Shown here piece after piece: positions 9,311 through 17,391 of a stretch of 50,524 nt of DNA. Below the pieces are notes generated by a model. The model made no database searches. It was not told the origin of the DNA and worked only from the letters and a program-made list of their open reading frames with translations. Position 1 is the stretch's first letter, and each line of letters starts with the position of its first letter. The position numbers were made by a program, and so were the translations under genes. The stretch comes from Parcubacteria group bacterium Licking1014_17 (GTDB taxonomy: Bacteria > Patescibacteriota > Minisyncoccia > 2-02-FULL-40-12 > IGHO2-01-FULL-4-A): the NCBI GenBank assembly GCA_007376485.1, contig VMGJ01000005.1:1-50524 (forward strand), given 5' to 3'.

Positions 9311-9622
9311 TGGCTACATCGTAGCACATGTAGCCTTTATAGTTAAGAACACATAAGACCCAAAACATCAGACAACCCTACCTTTAGTAGGACGACATAT
9401 ATTGTGTTTTGGTTGCGCCACAATTAAACAAGCAACCCTGTTCCCAGAAGGGTCGTCTTACATATTGTTATGACAAGATCTTTTTACCCAACAACGACGG
9501 GTCCGCCTGTTGTGGATACATAAAATATCTACGGCAGAACGCTCATACCTGCCCCTATGTGCCCCCCTGTTCAGTAAGTTATTCGCTTATTTTACAGGGG
9601 GATGCATGGGGGCAGGCTCGTT

Positions 9623-12532
9623 TTATAGGACGAAATTCACCAGTTTATTTTTGACGAAAATTGTTTTTTTAGGGGGAGTAGGCAGATATTTCTGCACATT
9701 CGGGTCAGCTTTCGCTTTTTCTACGACTTCTTCCTCGCTTGAGTCAAAATCCATTTCGATAACCGCCCGCAATTTTCCGTTAACCTGAACGGGTATTTTT
9801 GCTGTTTTATCTTTAATTAAAGACGGGTCATATTCCGGCCACGGTTCAATATGCACCGATTTTTCGTGTTTCGAAATGTTCCGCCAGATTTCTTCGGTGA
9901 TGAACGGCGCGAAGGGCGCCAGTAGTTTTATAAATGCCTCAAAATCACTCCGCGTAATTTCATTGGCTTTTTCCATCTCATTAAGGAATATCATCAGAGC
10001 GCTGATTGCCGTATTATACCGAAGATTTTCAATATCCTCAGTCACTTTTTTAATTGTTTTGTTAGTTATTACTGGCAAACCACCCCCTCCATCACCGATT
10101 TTTTTATTTGCCGCCGCCCAAACCTTACCGAGAAATCTGGCAATGCCGATAATACTATCATCCCTAAAATCCCCCCCCTGTTCAAACGGCCCAATAAACA
10201 TTAAATACATTCTCAAAACATCCGCGCCGTATTTTTCAATGTATTCGTCGGGATTTACGATATTCCCCTTTGACTTTGACATTTTCGCATCTTCTTTTAT
10301 TAAAAGCCCGTGGGCGCGGAATTTATGGAACGGCTCTTCAAAATCTATCAGTCCCCAATCTTTAAATGCCATTGTCACAAATCTGGTGTAGAACAAATGC
10401 AGAACCGAGTGCTCGGCCCCTCCGATGTACATATCCACCGGCAGCCATTTTTTTGTGAGTTCCGGGTCAAAAGGGATTTGCCCTGAGCTTGTCGAATGGG
10501 CGGAGTGAGTCGAAGGAACCTGTCCTGAGCGAGCGGAGTGAGCCGAAGGATAGCGGAAATAGTACCAAGCCGAATCAAAGAAGTTATCCGAAACATCCGT
10601 CTCGCGTTTAGCCGGTCCCCCGCATTTTGGGCATTTGGTTTCGTAAAATTCTTTAACCGTGGTAAGCGGAGAGGCATCGGTCCCGGTCGGCTTAAAGTCT
10701 TTTACGTAAGGCAAAACAACTGGCAAATCTTCTTCCGGTACCGGCTGCCAACTGCATTTGTCGCAATGAATCATCGGAATCGGCGGTCCCCAATAACGTT
10801 GCCGTGAAATCAGCCAATCGCGCAGGCGGTAAGTGGTTTTAAATTCTCCACCGACCTTTTTGGTTATTTCTTTTGCATCAACAAGCGGTGCGTCGCTGAC
10901 CGGCAAATCAAACTTTTTCGCAAACTCCCTATCTCTTTCATCGTGCGCCGGCACAGCCATAATCGCACCAGTGCCGTAATCTCTCAGGACATAATCAGCA
11001 ATCCAAATCGGAATTTCCTGATTGTTTGCCGGATTAATCGCCTTAACGCCTTTCAATTCAACACCAGTTTTGCCTAGTCCTGAGCCCGTCGAAGGGTCTT
11101 TACCTTCGGTGATTCTTTCTTCGTTTGATTTGTTTTTTGCCCGTTCAATGTATTTCTGCACCTCTTCCCAATTCTCTATTTTCGATTCAAGATTTTCGAT
11201 TTCTTCATATTCTGGTGCCAACACCATGTAAGTTGTCCCAAACAATGTATCCGGGCGGGTCGTGAAAACGCGAATAGAATCGATGCAGTGGTGGAGCACT
11301 TCTGGCTCGGTATTACCGCTGAAATGAGGTTTACTGGCATTGTAATCAAAAAGTTCTCCACCGATCAACTTATACAGAGAATATGTGTTGTCTTGCGGTA
11401 CAGTATCATCAGATAAATCCCTGAGAATAGAAATTTCTCCAGCGTTGCACTTAATTTTTTCAGGATTAAATTTCCAATCGAATGTGTGCAGCGGGAAGTT
11501 TTCATCTATGAATCGATTTTCTGAATAACACCCGACCAGAACTGTTTTTCGAACTGGGGTTGAAAGTTTTTCAAGAATTTTAAGTACTACAACACCTCCA
11601 AGACTATGGCCCACAATGATCGTATTTCCATCAAAAGGTACATTTTTTAATACCGCCTCAACTTGATCCCTAACAATCGGGTCTTTTGTGTTCGGAAGTT
11701 CAGGAACATAAACCCTGGCCCCTCTTTTTTCAAGTTCTTTTTTTAGCCATGGAAAAAAATTGTTTTCTGGAGAACCGGTATAACCGTGTAGCAAAACATA
11801 TGATGGAGCAATAGCCCCAGCAATTTCAAAATCAATCCCCGCTCCTTCAGATTTTCCTATCCAGTTTCTCTGGGCGATTTTAACCCGCTCAGACCAATTA
11901 ATCCAGTCCAGATTTTTCAGAAGTTTTTCGGCATAATCCGTAATTTTGAAAAACCACTGCTCCAGTTCTTTCCTTATAACTTCTGTTCCGCATCTTTCAC
12001 ACTTGCCGGCTATTACCTGCTCGTCAGCTAGCACTGTTTTGCACGACGGGCACCAGTTGACCGGCGCTTTTTTGCGGTAGGCTAAACCATGCTTGAACAT
12101 TTGGACAAAAATCCACTGGGTCCATTTGTAATATTCGGGGTCGTAGGTTTCCAGTTTTTCGTCCCAGGCGAAACCATTGCCTATTGCTTTCACCTGCTCG
12201 TAATATCTTTTTTCGCTTTTTTTCAGCAAATCAACCGGATGCGTGCCGATTTTAATGGCGTAATTTTCGGAATGGATGCCGAATCCGTCCAGCCCGAACG
12301 GCTCAAAAACATCATAACCCTGCATTCTCTTGAATCGTCCGTAAATGTCTGAACCCGTGAAGGCGTACATATTGCCGACATGCAGCCCCTCCGCCGAAGG
12401 ATACGGAAACATCATCAGATTATAAAACTTGCCCTTGCCTTTTGGGTGCGCCAAATCCGGCTGGTATATTTTCTCCTCCAGCCACTTCTTGAGCCACTTC
12501 TTTTCGGTTTTTTGATGGTCGTAGGATTTCAT
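9623..12532 (-). CDS. leuS: Leucyl-tRNA synthetase with an inserted alpha/beta serine-hydrolase domain
   Basis: PYPSAEGLHVGN (HIGH variant), the CP1 hallmarks VFTTRPDTLFGTTYMVLAPE and GTGAIMAVPAHDERD, and KMSKSKGN. The likely start is the ATG at 12532 (MKSYDHQK), which removes the overlap with the upstream gene. The inserted domain is at 11276..11812. Confidence 0.92.
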   Translation of the reverse strand: MKSYDHQKTEKKWLKKWLEEKIYQPDLAHPKGKGKFYNLMMFPYPSAEGLHVGNMYAFTGSDIYGRFKRMQGYDVFEPFGLDGFGIHSENYAIKIGTHPVDLLKKSEKRYYEQVKAIGNGFAWDEKLETYDPEYYKWTQWIFVQMFKHGLAYRKKAPVNWCPSCKTVLADEQVIAGKCERCGTEVIRKELEQWFFKITDYAEKLLKNLDWINWSERVKIAQRNWIGKSEGAGIDFEIAGAIAPSYVLLHGYTGSPENNFFPWLKKELEKRGARVYVPELPNTKDPIVRDQVEAVLKNVPFDGNTIIVGHSLGGVVVLKILEKLSTPVRKTVLVGCYSENRFIDENFPLHTFDWKFNPEKIKCNAGEISILRDLSDDTVPQDNTYSLYKLIGGELFDYNASKPHFSGNTEPEVLHHCIDSIRVFTTRPDTLFGTTYMVLAPEYEEIENLESKIENWEEVQKYIERAKNKSNEERITEGKDPSTGSGLGKTGVELKGVKAINPANNQEIPIWIADYVLRDYGTGAIMAVPAHDERDREFAKKFDLPVSDAPLVDAKEITKKVGGEFKTTYRLRDWLISRQRYWGPPIPMIHCDKCSWQPVPEEDLPVVLPYVKDFKPTGTDASPLTTVKEFYETKCPKCGGPAKRETDVSDNFFDSAWYYFRYPSAHSARSGQVPSTHSAHSTSSGQIPFDPELTKKWLPVDMYIGGAEHSVLHLFYTRFVTMAFKDWGLIDFEEPFHKFRAHGLLIKEDAKMSKSKGNIVNPDEYIEKYGADVLRMYLMFIGPFEQGGDFRDDSIIGIARFLGKVWAAANKKIGDGGGGLPVITNKTIKKVTEDIENLRYNTAISALMIFLNEMEKANEITRSDFEAFIKLLAPFAPFITEEIWRNISKHEKSVHIEPWPEYDPSLIKDKTAKIPVQVNGKLRAVIEMDFDSSEEEVVEKAKADPNVQKYLPTPPKKTIFVKNKLVNFVL

Positions 12533-12534
12533 TT

Positions 12535-13311
12535 TCAAATTTTCTCGTTCGGTAGCACGTCCCACATGAAATCAAACCATTGTTTATAGTCGCGAGCCAG
12601 AGTTTTATCCTTCAAAATGAAGATAGTTATATCCTGGTCAAGGGCATTAACATTAATTCCGGAATATATTGCTACATATTCGCCAAATATATCTATAGAT
12701 GAATCATTGGAATATTTTTGCGGCAAAAACTTATAGGGTTTGCCAACTGCCTTGATTACTTCGGGATGTTCTTTTATTTGCCAGTCGTAAATCAAATGGC
12801 TTTTGATTTTTTTCTTTACTACTTCCTGCCCGGCTCTGACGGCAAAAGTTTTTATTCTCGGGTCAAACCATGTTCCCTTGCTGTTAATGCCATAGATATC
12901 TTCGCTGGTTTCCAGAATCAGGTTGATGTAATTTTTTAATCCCCCAACGCCTTTAAAAATATAAACCGACTGCGAGGCGCTTTTTTCAGAAAATTTACTT
13001 TTCAAACTGGGTAGGATATCTTCAACGTCTTTAATGCGGTCATTTGCTAATTCCTGGAGCTTGTCTGGGTGGGATGGCGCGAAAGTTAACACCTTTTTCG
13101 GCAATACCTGATAAACCAATCCCTTGGCGATCAGGCACTGTAAAGCGTCGTAGGCATTGCGCCTGTGTACGCCCGATTTATTCGTGATTGCTTCAATGGA
13201 ACTTTCCTTCAGTTCCACCAAAGCCAAATAAATCTTCGCCTCGCTGGGCGTGAGCAAGTTACTGGAAACCAAAACCTCCGTTGCCAATAATTCATTGTAA
13301 GCCATAAGCAA
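12535..13311 (-). CDS. TrmB-family transcriptional regulator
   Basis: N-terminal winged HTH (LTPSEAKIYLALVELKESSIEAITNKSGVHRRNAYDALQCLIAKGLV) and a C-terminal domain of TrmB length. Confidence 0.65.
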   Translation of the reverse strand: MLMAYNELLATEVLVSSNLLTPSEAKIYLALVELKESSIEAITNKSGVHRRNAYDALQCLIAKGLVYQVLPKKVLTFAPSHPDKLQELANDRIKDVEDILPSLKSKFSEKSASQSVYIFKGVGGLKNYINLILETSEDIYGINSKGTWFDPRIKTFAVRAGQEVVKKKIKSHLIYDWQIKEHPEVIKAVGKPYKFLPQKYSNDSSIDIFGEYVAIYSGINVNALDQDITIFILKDKTLARDYKQWFDFMWDVLPNEKI

Positions 13312-13385
13312 ATACTACAAATAATAGGAAAGTTTTGCAAAAAGCCCCCAAGGATAGGGAGCTAAAATCCTCAAAATGTGGTGGT

Positions 13386-13415
13386 ATTGAACACCACTAA
13401 TCCTAAATGATATAA
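13386..13415 (+). promoter_or_regulatory. Near-consensus sigma-70 promoter with an extended -10
   Basis: TTGAAC at 13386-13391, an 18-nt spacer ending in TGA, and TATAAT at 13410-13415. It faces the 13693 ORF and leaves a leader of about 270 nt. Confidence 0.6.
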
Positions 13416-13692
13416 TGCCAGTGTAAGCTTGAATTGTCAAGTTTACCCGCACCGAGCGGAACTCGGAAGATCTTTGAAAAGGAGGTGGTTCATATGATTG
13501 TCCTTAAGTAGTACCTCGCTGGCAGGAGAGTCATCAGGTAGGCGCTCGCGCGGACGGCTCGCACTCTTATACCAAGAGAAGGAGACGCCCAGAATAGCGA
13601 GAAATGCCCCGATGCTCCTGCCATTTATCGAGCTCACGACATGGTGTCGCGGGCTCGTAAATGAAAGCTCTTTAACCTAGAAGGAGAAAGAA

Positions 13693-14268
13693 ATGAAAAT
13701 CCTGGTCATTGACGATTCGGAAGGGAACCAGAAATCAGCCCGGAAAACCCTGAAAGGACACGAGGTAACCATTGCCAAATCGTTTGACGAGGCAGTGGTA
13801 TTAATGGGGGGACGGGTAGAAAAGCACCAGGGCTCCGGCGGGGAAGAATATGAACAACTGGATGGCATCGCCGCCGCCAGCGGAGTTTCCTTCCCCTACA
13901 AAGTCGTTCTGACGGACATGAACCTGCCCTTCAGTCGGTTCCGGTTGTCGTTTGAAGCCAGAACAAAGGCTGAAAATGTCCACGCTGAACCGCCCTACGG
14001 TTTCATACTGGCTCTTCGGGCAGTTCAGTTGGGAGCCAAGTTCGTCGCTATGGCGACGAACATAAACCACCACCAGGACCCGTTGAGCGCTGCCATTGAG
14101 GTCCTTGGTGGTGCCGCCTACTGGTCAGAGGTGGAGAAAGGAAAGGGGCATGCTTTCAGGATTGACGGTGCGAAGGTGATGTTTGTCCACGCACCGCTTC
14201 TCGAGGAAGAAAGCGAAAGCCCGGCAAAGGACTGGGGTAGGATCCTGAAAAAGCTGATTGCTGATTGA
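13693..14268 (+). CDS. Orphan CheY-like receiver-domain protein (divergent, with an insertion)
   Basis: Strong RBS (agaaggag). MKILVIDDSEGN carries the acidic pair and VVLTDMNLP a candidate phospho-acceptor Asp. About 30 aa are inserted between them, and no output domain is present. The region is visibly more GC-rich than its flanks. Confidence 0.4.
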   Translation: MKILVIDDSEGNQKSARKTLKGHEVTIAKSFDEAVVLMGGRVEKHQGSGGEEYEQLDGIAAASGVSFPYKVVLTDMNLPFSRFRLSFEARTKAENVHAEPPYGFILALRAVQLGAKFVAMATNINHHQDPLSAAIEVLGGAAYWSEVEKGKGHAFRIDGAKVMFVHAPLLEEESESPAKDWGRILKKLIAD

Positions 14269-14283
14269 AAAGCTTGGGTTTAT

Positions 14284-14325
14284 CACCCCGAACACAGATT
14301 CGTCTGGTTCGGGGTGTTTCTTTTT
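14284..14325 (+). terminator. Rho-independent terminator
   Basis: 10-bp stem caccccgaac/gttcggggtg (14284-14293 and 14307-14316) followed by tttcttttt. Confidence 0.8.
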
Positions 14326-14420
14326 ATAATTTAAATAGGGTTCTTGAATTTTCTGTTGTTTTACCACTCATTTCTTCCAGAGACATATTTTTTATTTTCG
14401 CGATTTTTTCGGCGGCATTT
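14324..14420 (-). pseudogene. Orphaned 3'-end fragment of tatD
   Basis: 14348..14420 is about 93% identical (68/73) to 15071..15143 inside intact tatD. The fragment still reads AAEKIAKIKNMSLEEMSGKTTENSRTLFKL*, a typical TatD C-terminus. Confidence 0.75.
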
Positions 14421-14426
14421 GGTCTT

Positions 14427-14663
14427 TTAATCATCGTTGAGCCATATTTCTTTCGGAATGCCCGATTGCAGAATGATCGCTTTAAGAGTTCTTGGTTTTA
14501 ATGATCTTTGACCATGAAAAGGAATACATACTTGCTGAAATTGTTTCCCGTAATGCCCGACGTAATAATAATGGCTCCCATGCGTGTGATTTAAAGAAAA
14601 GCCATGCTTTTTCAAAAAACGCATGACCTCTTCGGCTGTCCAATTGAAATAATTCCTCGGCAT
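14427..14663 (-). CDS. hicA: HicA-family toxin (type II TA)
   Basis: 78 aa with FLKKHGFSLNHTHGSHYYY, the HicA/YcfA signature. It overlaps the upstream hicB stop by 1 nt. Confidence 0.8.
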   Translation of the reverse strand: MPRNYFNWTAEEVMRFLKKHGFSLNHTHGSHYYYVGHYGKQFQQVCIPFHGQRSLKPRTLKAIILQSGIPKEIWLNDD

Positions 14664-14992
14664 TATGCCGGAATATAATTTAACGGATTAATACTTCCAA
14701 ATGTATATACCAGTGGGAATTCTTTTTCGTTCTCCTTCATCTCGCAAAGCGCCTTCCAGAGTGATTCATATTCCGAATCGGGTTTTTGATTCAATATATA
14801 TGGTCGCGCTTTAATTTTTTGTGCTGATTCCACGTAGCCGCGTAAAGCTTCAAATAAAAGCAACATTGCCTCCTCGGGCGTGCTTCCTGATTCCACGATA
14901 TTAAATTCTAATCCTGCCGCATACCAATCCTCGCCTTCCTTGAAGACGATATAACGGACAGAGCCCTTTTGTAGGGTATTTTTGCATTTCAT
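14663..14992 (-). CDS. hicB: HicB-family antitoxin (UPF0150-like fold)
   Basis: 109 aa with YIVFKEGEDWYAAGLEFNIVESGSTPEEAMLLLFEAL, typical of the HicB N-terminal domain. It is paired with hicA. Confidence 0.7.
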   Translation of the reverse strand: MKCKNTLQKGSVRYIVFKEGEDWYAAGLEFNIVESGSTPEEAMLLLFEALRGYVESAQKIKARPYILNQKPDSEYESLWKALCEMKENEKEFPLVYTFGSINPLNYIPA

Positions 14993-15034
14993 AGTGTATA
15001 TAAAGGATAGCTTAACTTAACCACAAAAGCAACT

Positions 15035-15793
15035 TTAATTACATGAAGAAAGTGATAATAATTCTACCGCATTTTCTGTTGTTTTACCACTTATTTCTTC
15101 CAGCGGCATATTTTTTATTTTCGCGATTTTTTCGGCGACATATTTTGCATAAGCCGGTTCATTTCTTTTTCCCCTGAATGGCGGCGGAGCCAGAAACGGG
15201 GCATCGGTTTCAATCAGGATTTTTTCTATCGGTGTGTTTTTAATAATTTCATCATATTGATTTGAAAATGTAATAATTCCGTTGAAACCCAGATAATAGC
15301 CAAGTGAAAGATACTCTTCGGCGTCTTTTTGGTTGCCTGTAAAACTATGCACTACCGCCCTGCTCACATTTTTCTCTTTTAAAATCTTTTTCGTGTCATC
15401 ATGAGAATCGCGGCAATGAATTATTAATGGCAGGTTTAATTCCTTGGCCAAATCAATTTGTCGGATAAATAATGCCTTCTGTCTCTCTTTGTCTTCCGGA
15501 GGCATTCTGTAATAATCCAATCCCGCCTCGCCTATCGCCACCACTTTTTTATTTTTTGCCAGTTCTTTGTATTTTTCGGGTTCAAATTTTTCACGGTCAT
15601 TCGGGTGTAAACCTATTGCCACCCAGATATTTTCATATTTTTCGGCAAGCTCAATGGTTTTTTTTGACGATTCCAATCCCAGCCCGACAGATACCATCCC
15701 CACGCCCTCTTCCTGTGCACGCTTAATTACCGATTCGCAATCAGCGTCATATTGCTTCATTGCCAAATGGCAGTGAGTATCAATCAGTTTCAT
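15035..15793 (-). CDS. tatD: TatD-family metal-dependent DNase/hydrolase
   Basis: MKLIDTHCHL, AIGEAGLDY, PLIIHCRD, VVHSF and ETDAPFL. The C-terminal tail after TTEN differs from the orphaned fragment at 14324..14420. Confidence 0.9.
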   Translation of the reverse strand: MKLIDTHCHLAMKQYDADCESVIKRAQEEGVGMVSVGLGLESSKKTIELAEKYENIWVAIGLHPNDREKFEPEKYKELAKNKKVVAIGEAGLDYYRMPPEDKERQKALFIRQIDLAKELNLPLIIHCRDSHDDTKKILKEKNVSRAVVHSFTGNQKDAEEYLSLGYYLGFNGIITFSNQYDEIIKNTPIEKILIETDAPFLAPPPFRGKRNEPAYAKYVAEKIAKIKNMPLEEISGKTTENAVELLSLSSCN

Positions 15794-15794
15794 T

Positions 15795-17297
15795 TTATTG
15801 GAGTTTCGGGAACAGCGGCTTGATTTCTGAAATAATAATTTTATCCTCTTTTGCGCCTACGCCTGGTTCAAATCCGAAAGTTTTGTAGATTTTTTCGAAT
15901 GTTTCCGGGAGAAAAGGTTTCAGCAATTTTGCAGATTCTAAAATTATCGTCGTGGAGGTGGTAATTGTTTTGAGAAATTTTTCGGGGCTTTCTTTGGCAT
16001 CAACCCACGGCTTTTTTCCGTCAATATAAACATTGGCGTAATCCAGAAGTTCCCAAATATGCGACAGCGCCGTATGAAGCTGAAATTCTTCCACCGCTTT
16101 TTCATATTTCTGTTTCGCGGCTTCAATCCGTTTTTCCGCCTCCTTGTCCAGAAATTCCGGATTAAATATCAGCTCCCCCTCCAGATTTGTTTCAATAAGT
16201 TTCGCTACCCGGCTGACCAGATTGCCGAGATTATTCGCCAGGTCGCCGTTATAACGCGCCTCCAATCTTTCATAAGAAAAATCCCCATCCTTGCCGGAAG
16301 GTATCTCACGGAGCAAAAAATAACGTGTCGGGTCAACGCCGTATTTTTTGACGACGCTAAACGGGTCAATCACATTACCGATAGATTTAGATATTTTTTG
16401 GCCGTTGATTGTAAAATATCCGTGAACGATTATCTCGCTTGGCAAAGGCAATCCGGCAGAAAGAAGCATTATGGGCCAGTAGACGGTATGAAATCTGGCA
16501 ATACCCTTACCGACCAAATGAATTTTGCGTTTGTTGTTTACCCACCAATCCTGAAATCTTTTTTCATCGTTCGCGTAGCCGATTACGTTTATGTAATTGG
16601 AAAGCGCGTCAAACCAAACGTACTCAACCTGCGAGGAGTCGCCCGGCACGGGAATGCCCCAGCCGTGAGCCCTTGCCTGGCTTCGGGAAATGCTCAAATC
16701 TTCCAGTCCCTTGTTTATGAATTCCAGCGTTTCGTTTTTACGCGAAGCAGGCGTGATTTTAAGCTCATCATTTTCAATCAGTTTTTTCAGCTTATCCTGG
16801 TATTTGCCCAGCTTGAGAAAATAATTTTCCTCTTTGACTACTTCCGGCTTTGTTTGGTGTTCCGGGCACAATCCGTTTACCAAATCTTTTTCCGTATAAA
16901 ACGACTCACAGCCGACGCAATAAAGCCCCTCATATTTTTTCTTATAAATATCTCCAGCTTTGTCGCAAGCATTCCAGAGTTTTTGGGCGCCGGCGATATG
17001 GCGTTCCTCGGTGGTACGAATGAAATCGTCATTGGATATGTCCAAAACTTTGGTTAACTTTTCAAATATGTCCGAATTCTCTTTTACGTGGACTTTCACG
17101 TCAATCCCTCTTTTTTCAGCGGCTAAAACATTTTTCAGCGAGTTTTCGTCGGTGCCGGTAAGAAAAAAAACGTCAAATCCTTTTTCGCGGTAATAGCGCG
17201 CCAGAACATCGCCCTGGACAAATTCCAAAGCATGGCCGATATGCGGGGCGGCGTTGACGTAGGGTATGGAAGTAGAAATGAATAATTTTTCAGGCAT
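15795..17297 (-). CDS. metG: Methionyl-tRNA synthetase
   Basis: The likely start is MPEKLFISTSIPYVNAAPHIGH (HIGH motif). Also present are the Zn knuckle CVGCESF...CPEH and KISKSIGN (KMSKS). Confidence 0.92.
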   Translation of the reverse strand: MPEKLFISTSIPYVNAAPHIGHALEFVQGDVLARYYREKGFDVFFLTGTDENSLKNVLAAEKRGIDVKVHVKENSDIFEKLTKVLDISNDDFIRTTEERHIAGAQKLWNACDKAGDIYKKKYEGLYCVGCESFYTEKDLVNGLCPEHQTKPEVVKEENYFLKLGKYQDKLKKLIENDELKITPASRKNETLEFINKGLEDLSISRSQARAHGWGIPVPGDSSQVEYVWFDALSNYINVIGYANDEKRFQDWWVNNKRKIHLVGKGIARFHTVYWPIMLLSAGLPLPSEIIVHGYFTINGQKISKSIGNVIDPFSVVKKYGVDPTRYFLLREIPSGKDGDFSYERLEARYNGDLANNLGNLVSRVAKLIETNLEGELIFNPEFLDKEAEKRIEAAKQKYEKAVEEFQLHTALSHIWELLDYANVYIDGKKPWVDAKESPEKFLKTITTSTTIILESAKLLKPFLPETFEKIYKTFGFEPGVGAKEDKIIISEIKPLFPKLQ

Positions 17298-17391
17298 AGA
17301 TACAAAATACCGCAGAAATGGCGAAAAAGCCAATCTTTAGGCTTTGTTTGTATTTTTGCCCGCCAGCCATTAAGATAGTAAGATACACCCC

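Noticed and set aside
11276-11812. The LeuRS insertion might be an intein.
   Set aside because: There is no Cys/Ser at the insertion N-terminus, no terminal His-Asn followed by Cys/Ser/Thr, and no intein blocks. Instead it has a GxSxG alpha/beta-hydrolase pattern.
12533-12565. The 11-codon N-terminal extension of leuS. Similar upstream extensions exist for metG (17298..17333), gatB (32321..32371) and pheS (44969..45034).
   Set aside because: The extensions overlap neighbouring genes or lack conservation. Internal ATGs give canonical N-termini that match the family consensus.
16059-17057. A 332-aa plus-strand ORF. Similar long antisense ORFs occur at 18346..18894, 26898..27374, 28005..28526, 9876..10391, 37057..37515 and 43069..43515.
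   Set aside because: All lie entirely antisense within strongly supported conserved genes (metG, the DGR target, thrS, leuS, gyrB, pheT). Their composition is low-complexity and no motifs are present.
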